NCBI GenBank assembly: GCA_937921735.1
Contig: CAKZTQ010000021.1
Location: 1 to 58,432, forward strand
Source: an uncultured archaeon
Lineage (GTDB): Archaea; Hadarchaeota; Hadarchaeia; Hadarchaeales; Hadarchaeaceae
Direction: 5' to 3'
DNA: 58,432 nucleotides
The notes under the pieces are model-generated. The model was not told where the DNA came from, ran no database searches, and was given only the letters and a program-made list of their open reading frames with translations. The translations under genes and the position numbers were made by a program. The first letter of the stretch is position 1; each line of letters starts with the position of its first letter. Shown here in pieces: positions 27,677 through 36,884 of the stretch.

Positions 27677-29041
27677 ATGGAGGAGATCAGGGAAGCGCCT
27701 GAGGCCGTTAGGGAGTGGGAAAGGATCTCAGCCCACTCGCACATCACTGGGCTGGGACTAGAGGGCCTAAAGGCGAAACCAGTAGCTGGAGGCATGGTCG
27801 GCCAAGTCGAGGCGAGGGAAGCTGCTGGCATAATCGTCGACATGGTGAAGAAGGGAAAGTTCGCCGGCAGGGCGATACTGTTGGCCGGTCCCCCCGGCAC
27901 CGGCAAGACAGCGCTGGCGACGGCTATAGCAAAGGAATTGGGGCGAGATGTACCCTTCGTGCCGATAGCTGCGAGCGAGATCTACTCGGCGGAGATCAAG
28001 AAGACCGAGTTCCTCACACAAGCGTTGAGGAAGGCGATAGGCGTGCGCATACATGAGATGCGCAGGATCTACGAGGGTGAGGTCAAGGAGCTCTCGGTGA
28101 AGGAACAACCCCACCCATACAATCCTTACGTGAAGGTGCCCACGGGAGCGACGATAAAGCTCGCCACCACCGACGCCTCCCAGAAGCTAACCATGGATCA
28201 GTCCTTCGCCATCTCCCTAATCAGGCAAGGGGTCGAAACGGGCGACGTCGTGCAGATCGACGCGGACAGCGGGAGGATAGTCAAGCTCGGTAAGTCCAAA
28301 GAGGCGGCGGAGAGGGAGAAGCTCGACCTGAGCTCGGTCCAAGTTGTTGACGTCCCCAGCGGGCCGGTGTTGAAGCACAAGGAATTCGTCTACACCCTGA
28401 CGCTGCACAACCTCGACGTCGCTCAATCTCGTGCTGGCATGAGCATGTTCAGCCTCCTCTTCGGCGGCGAGGAGAGGAAGGAGATATCCGACGAAACTAG
28501 AAGGAGCGTAGACGAAGCGGTCAAATCTTGGGTCGAGGAGGGGCGAGCGGAGATCATCCCTGGCGTGGTCTTCATCGACGAATGCTCGATGCTGGACATA
28601 GAAACTTTTTCCTTCTTGAATAGGGCGATGGAACAGGAGCTAGCGCCAATAATCATCTTCGCCACCAATCGCGGCGTCACGGTCGTTAGGGGAACCGACC
28701 TAAAAGCGCCCCATGGCATGCCGCTCGACCTCTTGGATCGAATGCTGATCATAAGCACCAAGCCCTACTCGCGCGACGAGATACTCGAGATCCTGAAGAT
28801 AAGGGCAAGGGCGGAGAAGATCGAGATCACAAAAGATGCGCTTGAGTACCTCGCGGACATAGGCGAGGAATCCTCGCTGAGGTATGCGGTTCAACTATTA
28901 GCGCCAGCCGCGAATTATGCGGAAGCGGAGGGATCGAAGAAGATAACCAAGGAGCATGTGGAGAGGGTTAAGCAACTTTTCGCGGACGTAAAGAGGTCAG
29001 TGACATATCTACAGGAATACGAGGAGAAAATGCTCAAGTGA
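27677..29041 (+). CDS. TIP49/RuvB-like AAA+ ATPase
   Basis: HSHITGLGL, GQVEAREA, GPPGTGKT, SEIYS, FIDE, ATNRG, PHGMPLDLLDR, SLRYAVQL. Confidence 0.95.
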   Translation: MEEIREAPEAVREWERISAHSHITGLGLEGLKAKPVAGGMVGQVEAREAAGIIVDMVKKGKFAGRAILLAGPPGTGKTALATAIAKELGRDVPFVPIAASEIYSAEIKKTEFLTQALRKAIGVRIHEMRRIYEGEVKELSVKEQPHPYNPYVKVPTGATIKLATTDASQKLTMDQSFAISLIRQGVETGDVVQIDADSGRIVKLGKSKEAAEREKLDLSSVQVVDVPSGPVLKHKEFVYTLTLHNLDVAQSRAGMSMFSLLFGGEERKEISDETRRSVDEAVKSWVEEGRAEIIPGVVFIDECSMLDIETFSFLNRAMEQELAPIIIFATNRGVTVVRGTDLKAPHGMPLDLLDRMLIISTKPYSRDEILEILKIRARAEKIEITKDALEYLADIGEESSLRYAVQLLAPAANYAEAEGSKKITKEHVERVKQLFADVKRSVTYLQEYEEKMLK

Positions 29042-29053
29042 ACTCATGAGCGG

Positions 29054-29803
29054 TCAACGGATCTGAATCCTCCTTATCAATTCCTCGCTTAGCCCTTCGG
29101 CGATTACCAACCTCGGCAAATCGCCCCAACTCCCGAGGTAAGCACCACATATGACTACAGCCGCTTTGACGCCGAATATCTTTTTCGCGTGCTCCAAGCC
29201 AGCCCTCACGGCTCGCTCAGGTTCGCCTCGCGTTTGGTTGCACACCGCCGTCGCAGCTGCGTCAGCCAATGCCCCGGAGTCAGCTAGCACCGTTGCCGCG
29301 TCCGCTTCCCCAAAGCTCAAGGACGGTCCCACCGTGGCTGAGCTCGTGCAAACCGCGATCGGAAGCTTTTCGGGAGGGATCTCCAATGCAAGTTTGTTCG
29401 ATAAGGGGCTTGTACCCGCATGAATTGCGACGACATAGTCTTGGTCTCCATGGATGAAGATATCCCCACCGTTGTCCACCAGCACGTTCTTTGCCCCGGC
29501 GGCGACGGCCTCTTCGACGGCGAGTTGCGCCAGCGCCCCCGCGACGGCAGCCATCGGCCCCACGCCGGCCAGACTAGCTGCCTCAGCCATTAGTTGTACT
29601 ACCTTTGGGGCATTCCCGTTTACCTCGATGGGCTCCAAAGATAGCTCAAAAAAGGGGTTGCGCGCGATGTACCGTTCCAATGCGCTTCGGTTCCTCAGGA
29701 TGGAGCGTTTTACCGCCTCGATCGCCTCTGAACTATCTGCCTTTATCAGGACGTCTGTCTGCCTGCACGTCCAGTGTTCCGAGAGTAAGGGCTTCGCGTG
29801 CAA
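29054..29803 (-). CDS. UPF0280 / ApbE-like protein (MA1715-like)
   Basis: VGPMAAVAG, VDNGGDI, VCTSSATVGPSLSFGEADA, ADAAATA. Confidence 0.9.
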   Translation of the reverse strand: MHAKPLLSEHWTCRQTDVLIKADSSEAIEAVKRSILRNRSALERYIARNPFFELSLEPIEVNGNAPKVVQLMAEAASLAGVGPMAAVAGALAQLAVEEAVAAGAKNVLVDNGGDIFIHGDQDYVVAIHAGTSPLSNKLALEIPPEKLPIAVCTSSATVGPSLSFGEADAATVLADSGALADAAATAVCNQTRGEPERAVRAGLEHAKKIFGVKAAVVICGAYLGSWGDLPRLVIAEGLSEELIRRIQIR

Positions 29804-29902
29804 GGATGACCCATATCTGTAATCGCTTGGGTAGGATAAACGCTTTAGCTATCCAACGAAACTTTCAAGTCGAATGGGCTATAGTTGTCAGGCGATGGTA
29901 AA

Positions 29903-30706
29903 ATGGCCCTGAACGAGAAGATGCGGCACCTTAAATCCATCGTGACCAACTGTGAAAGTGCAGTCGTAGCCTTTTCCGGAGGCGTCGATTCCTCTCTAGT
30001 TTGTGCGGTCGCACGTGAAACCTTGGGCGACCGAGCCATCGCCGTCACGGCGGTCTCTCCTACTTATCCCCCCGACGAGCTGGAGGTCGCCAAGAGCGTT
30101 GCCAAATTCATCGGCATCGACCACCGGATCATCGCCACGGATGAGCTCCGGAACCCGAAGTTCGTGGCGAATCCAGTGGAGCGATGCTACTTTTGCAAAA
30201 GCGAACTTTATAGGAAGCTAGATGGGATTCGAAGGGAACTGGGCTTCAAGAAGATCCTCGATGGAACGAACTACGACGATCTTTCGGATTTCAGGCCAGG
30301 GCTGAAGGCGGCTGAGGAGTTTGAAGTCGTGAGTCCCCTTGCCCTAGCAGAGCTTACCAAAGCGGAAGTGCGAGAGCTGGCCTCCATGTACGGCTTACCC
30401 AACGCCGATAAACCGGCAAACCCCTGCCTCGCCTCTAGGATACCCTTTGGCTGTACGATCACGGCCGAAAAACTCGAAAGGATCTCGAAGGGCGAAAGAT
30501 TCTTGCGCTCGCTCGGCTTCAGGATCGTGCGCCTCCGGGATCACGGCGATTTGGCTAAAATAGAAGTAGGGGAAGACGAGCTACCGAAAGTGCTAGAGCT
30601 AAAAGATGCGATCGTGGAAGAACTCAAAAAGTTGGGTTACACCTATGTCCTGCTTGACCTCGAGGGCTATCGCCCTGGAAGCTTGGTGAAAACTAAAAAG
30701 GTTTGA
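29903..30706 (+). CDS. larE: LarE-family PP-loop ATP-dependent sulfur transferase
   Basis: AFSGGVDS, RCYFCK, DGTNYDD, RPG, PCLASRIP, RLRDHG, DLEGYR; start 29885 or 29903. Confidence 0.88.
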   Translation: MALNEKMRHLKSIVTNCESAVVAFSGGVDSSLVCAVARETLGDRAIAVTAVSPTYPPDELEVAKSVAKFIGIDHRIIATDELRNPKFVANPVERCYFCKSELYRKLDGIRRELGFKKILDGTNYDDLSDFRPGLKAAEEFEVVSPLALAELTKAEVRELASMYGLPNADKPANPCLASRIPFGCTITAEKLERISKGERFLRSLGFRIVRLRDHGDLAKIEVGEDELPKVLELKDAIVEELKKLGYTYVLLDLEGYRPGSLVKTKKV

Positions 30707-31097
30707 AGACCTTGATGGCCCTCACCGGACAAGCTGGGACGCAAACCTCGCACATGATACATTTGCCCTCGTCCAACTTCACCGAATAGTCCTCCCCCAT
30801 GCTCAGCGCTCCGGTTGGACACAGCGAGAGACAAGCGCCGCAGTGCATGCACGTCTCCTCATCGAGCTCCACCGTGCGCTCTAGTCTTTGGGCATCGACC
30901 CCCCGCTCCTTGAATAGTTTTATCATCCTCTCGATCTCCCCTTCCTCGGCCTCCACGCCTATCAAGATCTCACCCTTCCTTGCGTTCAGCTCCGCATGCA
31001 AGATGTTTATCTCCGCCGACGTCTGCCTGATCACCTCGGCCAATATCGGTTTGTCAAGCGCCTCGGCCGAGTACTTCAGCAGCATCTTAACGTTCAC
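30693..31097 (-). CDS. NIL-domain 2[4Fe-4S] ferredoxin (MA1822-like subunit of aspartate-semialdehyde sulfurtransferase)
   Basis: INIL motif, two CxxCxxCxxxCP clusters, coupled to the upstream DUF39 gene. Confidence 0.9.
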   Translation of the reverse strand: MNVKMLLKYSAEALDKPILAEVIRQTSAEINILHAELNARKGEILIGVEAEEGEIERMIKLFKERGVDAQRLERTVELDEETCMHCGACLSLCPTGALSMGEDYSVKLDEGKCIMCEVCVPACPVRAIKVFKPF

Positions 31098-32593
31098 CTG
31101 ATCCTCCTCCCGATCAACTTCGAGATGTCTTGGCTGGTTATTATGCCTTTAACCAGGCCAGCTGCGTCCACCACGGGTAGGCCCGAGATATTGTGCTGCT
31201 CTAACTTCCTAGCCGCGGCCTCGATGGGCTCGTCCTCATGCGCTGTTATCACCCTCCGTGTCATTATCTCCTCCAGCTTTTCCTTTCCGGTGCCGAGCGC
31301 CACGGCGATATCCCAAGAAGTTACTATGCCTAGCAGCCTCCCTTGCTCGTCGACGATCGGCAGGTGGTTGAACTCCCTTTCAGCGAAGATCTTGGCGGCA
31401 TGCGCTATCGTATCGTCAGGCTTAGCTGTCGTTGCTGGCCTCGTCATCACGTCCTTTACGAGCACCACCTCGACGACCTGCCTCATCGGTTTAAACGTGG
31501 TATCACGGGACAGGAGCTCAACTGGGGAGCTGAGGAAGAACTCGCCTCGTTCGATCCATCGCTTCAACTTCTCCGCGATCTCCCTAGCCATCTTAAAGCT
31601 GCTGAGGGGACTGACCGGCACCTCCTTGCCCATGACCTCTATCCTGCCCGACCTGAGCTCGGCATAGGTGACCTCTCGCACGACCGGCCTCTCGCGTCGG
31701 GCGACGCCGTAATCGAGCAGATCGATTTTTATTTGGTCTTCGTCTAGGCTTACGCTCCGCGCGACCCTTTCGTTGAGGATCGGTATGGGTATCCCCAAAC
31801 CTACGTAAAGGGAAGTCCCGTAGGCTTGGATGGTACAACCGCGGAGGTAGCGGGGATCCATCTCCTTTAGGTTGCCTATCGCCATTATCGTGCCCATTCC
31901 TTTGACTGGGTTGTGTTGGGTACCCTCCCAAATGATGTAGCCCTGGGCACCGGCCAAAAATATCCGCGTCCCGACGCCGATCGTCTCGTAATTCGGATCC
32001 CTTTGAAGCGGGCTGAGCACCCCCGTGCCGGAGAACGTGACGTTGCCGTAGTTTGGCAATAACGTGCCCATGTAGGTGTGGATGGTCTCGTCTCGGGAAT
32101 TCGTCGCCGCCACGTAGCGCTGGTATGCGTTTCGCGGGTTACATAGTACCGCTTGGTTCAAGTCGTCTATGGTGATGGTCGTCTTGATCTCCTTCCTCGG
32201 GTAGCAATCCGTACCGTACGCGGTCGCACGGAGCTCGATTTCCTTCCCTCGCACCAAGTCCTCAATAACATGACCGCCGCCGTACTCCATGCCCCTCGTC
32301 TCGCTGAGCTGCGTTGCGCCGATGTAGGCGTCGACTGCTGCTACGCCAGTGTAAGCCTCCACGTCGTTGAGCCAGACGCGCTGCATTTTTATCGGGGGAT
32401 CGGCATGTCCGAAGTTCAGCCAGGCGCCGGAACTACACATCGCGCCAAAGGTGCCCGTGGTGACGACGTCGACCTCTTTAGCCACGGCTTCCGGTCCCTT
32501 TTCCCGTGCTAGCTTTACGACCTCTTCGGCCGTTAGCACCACCACATCGCCGTCGCGGATCTTTTGGTTGATCTCCTCGTACGTTCGAAGCAT
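31094..32593 (-). CDS. L-aspartate semialdehyde sulfurtransferase (DUF39 + CBS; MA1821-like homocysteine biosynthesis)
   Basis: RTYEEIN, VDVVTTGTFGAMCSSG, YGGGHVIEDL, TDCYPR, NPRNAYQ; C-terminal CBS pair. Confidence 0.92.
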   Translation of the reverse strand: MLRTYEEINQKIRDGDVVVLTAEEVVKLAREKGPEAVAKEVDVVTTGTFGAMCSSGAWLNFGHADPPIKMQRVWLNDVEAYTGVAAVDAYIGATQLSETRGMEYGGGHVIEDLVRGKEIELRATAYGTDCYPRKEIKTTITIDDLNQAVLCNPRNAYQRYVAATNSRDETIHTYMGTLLPNYGNVTFSGTGVLSPLQRDPNYETIGVGTRIFLAGAQGYIIWEGTQHNPVKGMGTIMAIGNLKEMDPRYLRGCTIQAYGTSLYVGLGIPIPILNERVARSVSLDEDQIKIDLLDYGVARRERPVVREVTYAELRSGRIEVMGKEVPVSPLSSFKMAREIAEKLKRWIERGEFFLSSPVELLSRDTTFKPMRQVVEVVLVKDVMTRPATTAKPDDTIAHAAKIFAEREFNHLPIVDEQGRLLGIVTSWDIAVALGTGKEKLEEIMTRRVITAHEDEPIEAAARKLEQHNISGLPVVDAAGLVKGIITSQDISKLIGRRIR

Positions 32594-32715
32594 CTCCAAG
32601 GTTACCCCGATGCAAGGGGGTTTCATCTTTATTTATATTTTTCGCTAAAAAATATTCCTATTAGTAATTTCAGCGCGCCGGAAACCATTTTAAATCGCGA
32701 CGATGAGCTTAAAGC

Positions 32716-33258
32716 ATGGACGAATTCACGCTTCGGGTGACCTACTGCGCGTATTCAGCGATCTTGGTTGCGCTCCTTCTATTCCTGTTATCCAAAGGGC
32801 TCAAAAGAGGGCTCCTCCTACGGCCCGTGCTGCTGGGGTTTTTGGCGGGCATGGGTTGTTACATGCTACTCGGGGCAGGTACGTTCGCCCTCCTAGTGAG
32901 CGGGCTGATCACGGGCTATCTCTTCTCGGATAAGGTTGAGGGGTGGGGCAAGCACATGCGCGCCGGGGGATTAACTGGCATGCTGTTCCTTCCAAACCTC
33001 TCGCTAGTCCCGATCGCCTATGTGCTCTTTAGGTATAGCATCGCGGAAATAGCGAAAAAGCTCGAGCGGGCGGTGGGCGGTGGGGAGCTGCTGACAAACC
33101 TATGTGGGCGGACGTTGCTAGATGCCCTTTTCCTGATCGCCCTTGTGGGGCTGAGCGCGGTTTTAGGCGGATTTCTGCGTAAAACATTAAAGCCGAGGTA
33201 CCCAACTAAAAATGGTAGCGGGGTAGGGCAGATAGGAGTGCCCGCCGGTCGTGGGTAA
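32716..33258 (+). CDS. Hypothetical membrane protein
   Basis: Several hydrophobic segments; 3' end runs into the tRNA-iMet gene. Confidence 0.6.
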   Translation: MDEFTLRVTYCAYSAILVALLLFLLSKGLKRGLLLRPVLLGFLAGMGCYMLLGAGTFALLVSGLITGYLFSDKVEGWGKHMRAGGLTGMLFLPNLSLVPIAYVLFRYSIAEIAKKLERAVGGGELLTNLCGRTLLDALFLIALVGLSAVLGGFLRKTLKPRYPTKNGSGVGQIGVPAGRG

Positions 33259-33377
33259 CCACGGGCGAAGCTCATAAGGCGTCGAGCCGTGAGTTCGGCG
33301 CTCCTGTGAGACCCGGAGGTCGGTGGTTCAAGGGAGGGATGGTAAACCTTCCTCTGAGATTCCACCCCCCGCTACCA
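33217..33377 (+). tRNA. Initiator tRNA-Met(CAT) with three introns and encoded CCA
   Basis: Removing 33249-33269, 33278-33311 (or 33277-33310) and 33333-33360 gives AGCGGGG-TA-GGGC..GCCC-G-CCGGG-CTCATAA-CCCGG-AGGTC-GGTGG-TTCAAGT-CCACC-CCCCGCT-A-CCA; A1:U72 and three consecutive G:C pairs mark the initiator. Confidence 0.92.
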
Positions 33378-33380
33378 CAC

Positions 33381-35498
33381 TCATAGGATCGACGAATCGA
33401 ACTTGCTCCTCAGGCGGAACTCCTCCTGTTTTCCTGCGTTCCACCGCCTGACGGGACGGTAATATCCAACCACGCGGGAGTAAACCTCGCACTCCTTACC
33501 GCACACTGGGCAGTTGAAATGCTCACCGGACATGTAACCGTGATTTTCGCAAAGCGAGAAAGTCGGCGTTAAGGTGAAGTACGGTACCCTAAAACCACCG
33601 ACGATTTTTCGGACCACGTCTGAACAGCCTCGGGGAGACGATATAAGGTCTCCCACCATAACTGGTACCTTCAAATCGGGCAACCTCTCAAATGCCCCCG
33701 AAAGGTAAACATGAAAGACCGTCCCGCCGCTGTAGAGGCACTGAAGCTCCTCCTGGTGCCGGAGCGCTTCCCTAAGGCTTAGGTCATGGTTCACTGGAAG
33801 GCAGGTCGAGTTTGTATAAAATGGTTCGCGCTCACCAGCGGTGATTATTTCCGGATATTTTCGCTTGTCTATCCTAGCCAGTCTGTAGCTCGTCCCCTCA
33901 GCGGGTGTCGCCTCGAGGTTATAGAGGTTTCCGGTCTCCTCCTGAAATTCGCGCAACTTTTCACGCATGAACTTAAGGACTTTAACCGCAAATCTACGTC
34001 CATCCTCGCCCACGATACCTCGATCGATATCCATGTTCAAAAGCGCCTCGTGCATTCCGACTAGGCCCACCGTGGAGAAGTGGTTCCTGAGCGTCCCCAA
34101 GTAGCGCTTCGTGTAGGGCAGCAACCCGTTTTGAATGTTTCTCTCCACCAACTTACGCTTGATCTCCAGTGCCTCCTTTGCTAGCTGCATGAGCCATTCC
34201 AAGCGCTCGAAGAACTCGTCTTCGTCCTTCGAAAGATGCCCCAGGCGGGGCATGTTCAACGTCACCACTCCCACGCTGCCCGTGGCATCAGACGAGCCAA
34301 AGAGCCCTCCTGTGACATTTCGACGAAGCTCCCTCAAGTCAAGCTGTAGCCGGCAGCACATGGCGCGGACGTCGCTTGGCTTCATATCGCTGTTGACGAA
34401 GTTCTGGAAATAAGGCGATCCGTACTTCGCGGTGAGTTTGAAGAGGGCAGCCGCCAGCTCCGAGTCCCAAGGAAACTCTTTTGTTATACCATAGGTCGGG
34501 ATTGGGAAGGTAAAGACGCGCCCTGCGGGATCGCCCTCCAACATGACCTCTATGAACGCCTTGTTGAGCATTTCGATTTCCTCCGAGAATTCTGAGTATG
34601 TCCTGTCCTGAGGCTTTCCTCCGACGATGGCGGGCTTATCCGCTAAATCCTCCGGGCAGGTCAGGGCAAAGGTTAAGTTCGTGAAGGGGGTCTGCCCGCC
34701 CCACCGCGAGCTGATGTTGAGGTTGAACACAAACATCTGTACGGCCTGTTTTACCTCCTCGTAGCTGAGCCCATCTGCCCGGATGAATGGAGCGAGCAAG
34801 ACGTCCATGTGATTGAAGGCCTGTGCTCCCGCCCATTCGTTTTGGAGTGAGCCTATGAAATTGACCATCTGCATGAGCGCGGTATCGAGGTGCTTGGGCG
34901 GATTGCAGTGTATTTTGCCCGGAGCATTGAAGCCCTCCGCGAGCAACATCTCAAGCGACCAGCCCGCGCAGTAGCCGCATAGCGACATTTGAAGATCGTG
35001 GATGTGTAGATCGCCGTTAACGTGGGCATCCGCAACCTCGGGCGGATATACTTTCACCAACGCATAGTTCGCCAACACGGCGTTGGAGGCGTGAAACATC
35101 AGCCCTGGGACGGTCTGCCCGTTGATGTTTGCGTTCTCGCGGACTCGCCAGTCAAGACCATTGAGGTAGGAGTCCACAAGCCCGACGACCGACAATTCCG
35201 CATCGCGCAGTTTTCTCAGCTCTTCCCTTTGCCTTCTGTATAAGATGAAAGCCTTTGCGGTTTTAGCATGACCATGATCAATCAGGACCTTTTCGATCAC
35301 ATCTTGGATGTCCTCGACGCTCGGTATCTTGTCGGCGAACCTTTGCTCGAGAATCCTCGCGACCTCGTCCGCAAGCCTTTCGGCGATCCTCCTATCTTTC
35401 CCACCCACGGCCTGTGCCGCCCTGAAAATTGCGTTGGTTATGCGGTTTTTATCGAAATCAACTAAGCTGCCATCGCGCTTTCGCACTTTCTCGATCAT
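33381..35498 (-). CDS. nrdD: Anaerobic (class III) ribonucleoside-triphosphate reductase with ATP cone
   Basis: KVRKRDG ATP cone, HIHDL, YCAGWS, MCCRL, NLEATPAEG, YSRVVGYYRPV glycyl-radical motif. Confidence 0.95.
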   Translation of the reverse strand: MIEKVRKRDGSLVDFDKNRITNAIFRAAQAVGGKDRRIAERLADEVARILEQRFADKIPSVEDIQDVIEKVLIDHGHAKTAKAFILYRRQREELRKLRDAELSVVGLVDSYLNGLDWRVRENANINGQTVPGLMFHASNAVLANYALVKVYPPEVADAHVNGDLHIHDLQMSLCGYCAGWSLEMLLAEGFNAPGKIHCNPPKHLDTALMQMVNFIGSLQNEWAGAQAFNHMDVLLAPFIRADGLSYEEVKQAVQMFVFNLNISSRWGGQTPFTNLTFALTCPEDLADKPAIVGGKPQDRTYSEFSEEIEMLNKAFIEVMLEGDPAGRVFTFPIPTYGITKEFPWDSELAAALFKLTAKYGSPYFQNFVNSDMKPSDVRAMCCRLQLDLRELRRNVTGGLFGSSDATGSVGVVTLNMPRLGHLSKDEDEFFERLEWLMQLAKEALEIKRKLVERNIQNGLLPYTKRYLGTLRNHFSTVGLVGMHEALLNMDIDRGIVGEDGRRFAVKVLKFMREKLREFQEETGNLYNLEATPAEGTSYRLARIDKRKYPEIITAGEREPFYTNSTCLPVNHDLSLREALRHQEELQCLYSGGTVFHVYLSGAFERLPDLKVPVMVGDLISSPRGCSDVVRKIVGGFRVPYFTLTPTFSLCENHGYMSGEHFNCPVCGKECEVYSRVVGYYRPVRRWNAGKQEEFRLRSKFDSSIL

Positions 35499-35607
35499 TT
35501 ATACCGCTCTCGGTTTACTCTCCTTGTGCTCATTTAACCCTTTTTAGGAGAGATCACCGAAAATGACTTCCACATCAGAAACTATGAGAAGATCGTCCGA
35601 GCTACGG

Positions 35608-36675
35608 TTACTTCAAGTAACCCCTCGCCCTCAGCAGCTCAGCGTTGAGCACTGCTGCCCCCGCCGCCCCGCGGATCACGTTGTGGCTACAGCACACGAA
35701 CTTAATGCCGTTGGGGAGGGCTCGATCGCCGCGGACCCTGCCCACGACCACCGCCATACCCGGCACGGAGCCGGCGTTCCTCGCGTACCTAGGCTGTGGC
35801 ATGTCCTCCTCCGGCGACACGATGACGGGTTGCCTAGGCGCCGTCGGCAGCTCCAACTCCTGCGGCAGGCCCCTGAAGTTGCTCAATACCTCTACTACCT
35901 CAGCGGGCGTAGCTTCTCGCCCCAGCTCCACGAACACCGCTATCGTGTGCCCGTCGAGCACTGGGACGCGATGGCAACTCGCGCTCACCCGAATGGGCGC
36001 GAGCTCGACGCGACCATCCCTAAGCGAGCCGAGGAGTTTGAGCGGCTCCTCCTCGCACTTGTCCTCCTCCTTGGCGATGAATGGGATGATGTTGTCCTCT
36101 ATCGCCATGGAGGGCACGCCCGCCCATCCGGCGCCCGATAAGGCCTGCATCGAGGAGATGAAGACCCGACGGATGCCGAATTCATCGTACAGGGGCTTGA
36201 GCGGCAACACGAAGGTGATGGTGGTGCAGTTGGGGTTCTTCACTATGTAGCCATCCCAGCCTCGTCTTTCCCTCTGCACGTCGATGAGCGCGAGGTGATC
36301 GGGGTTGACTTCTGGAATTATCAGAGGGATATCTGAGTCCATCCGGAAGTTGCTCGAGTTGGAGCTCACGACGAAGCCGGCCTCCGCGCAGGCCGGCTCG
36401 ACCCTTTGCGCCTCGTCGGCCGGCATGGCGGAAAACAGCAACTCCACATCCTCCACGGCCTTTGGGTCGGTGGGCCTCACCTCTATATCGGCCACCTCTC
36501 GAGGCACCTCTTCGCTGAGGTACCACTTCGCCACCTCGGCGTAGCGCTTGCCGGCGGAGCGCTCAGACGCGGTCAGCGCCGCGAGCTCGAACCAAGGGTG
36601 ATCTAACAACAATTTGACGAAGTGCTGTCCCACCGTGCCCGTGGCGCCCAACACGCCGACCGGGATCTTGGCCAT
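35608..36675 (-). CDS. asd: Aspartate-semialdehyde dehydrogenase
   Basis: LGATGTVGQ, IPEVN, NPNCTT, QALSGAG, RVPVLDGH, HNVIRGAAG. Confidence 0.95.
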   Translation of the reverse strand: MAKIPVGVLGATGTVGQHFVKLLLDHPWFELAALTASERSAGKRYAEVAKWYLSEEVPREVADIEVRPTDPKAVEDVELLFSAMPADEAQRVEPACAEAGFVVSSNSSNFRMDSDIPLIIPEVNPDHLALIDVQRERRGWDGYIVKNPNCTTITFVLPLKPLYDEFGIRRVFISSMQALSGAGWAGVPSMAIEDNIIPFIAKEEDKCEEEPLKLLGSLRDGRVELAPIRVSASCHRVPVLDGHTIAVFVELGREATPAEVVEVLSNFRGLPQELELPTAPRQPVIVSPEEDMPQPRYARNAGSVPGMAVVVGRVRGDRALPNGIKFVCCSHNVIRGAAGAAVLNAELLRARGYLK

Positions 36676-36745
36676 GGAAACCCCCGGCTACCTTCATACG
36701 TAAGTAGATTTATACCTCTCGGGACTTACTGAAGTCGGTGCCCCA

Positions 36746-36868
36746 TTGCCTAGGCGGAAGTATGGACGCATGGTGAAACCCTTACCCCAGCCACCACCCC
36801 CGGAAAAGTGCCGATTTTGCAAGCTGGGGAGGCCCTGCCCGATCCACGGGCGAAAGGATCGCGCTTGA
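36746..36868 (+). CDS. 40-aa CxxC-x5-CxxH zinc-finger microprotein
   Basis: (M)PRRKYGRMVKPLPQPPPPEKCRFCKLGRPCPIHGRKDRA*; TTTATA box and GGTG upstream; not in the ORF track. Confidence 0.5.
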   Translation: MPRRKYGRMVKPLPQPPPPEKCRFCKLGRPCPIHGRKDRA

Positions 36869-36884
36869 GCGAGATCTAAGGACA

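Noticed and set aside
27560-27680. attR copy of tRNA-Ile at the island's right end
   Set aside because: No duplicated tRNA 3' end or integrase found by eye
33381-35498. nrdD without adjacent nrdG as a novelty
   Set aside because: The activase is often unlinked in archaea; no intein or other anomaly is evident
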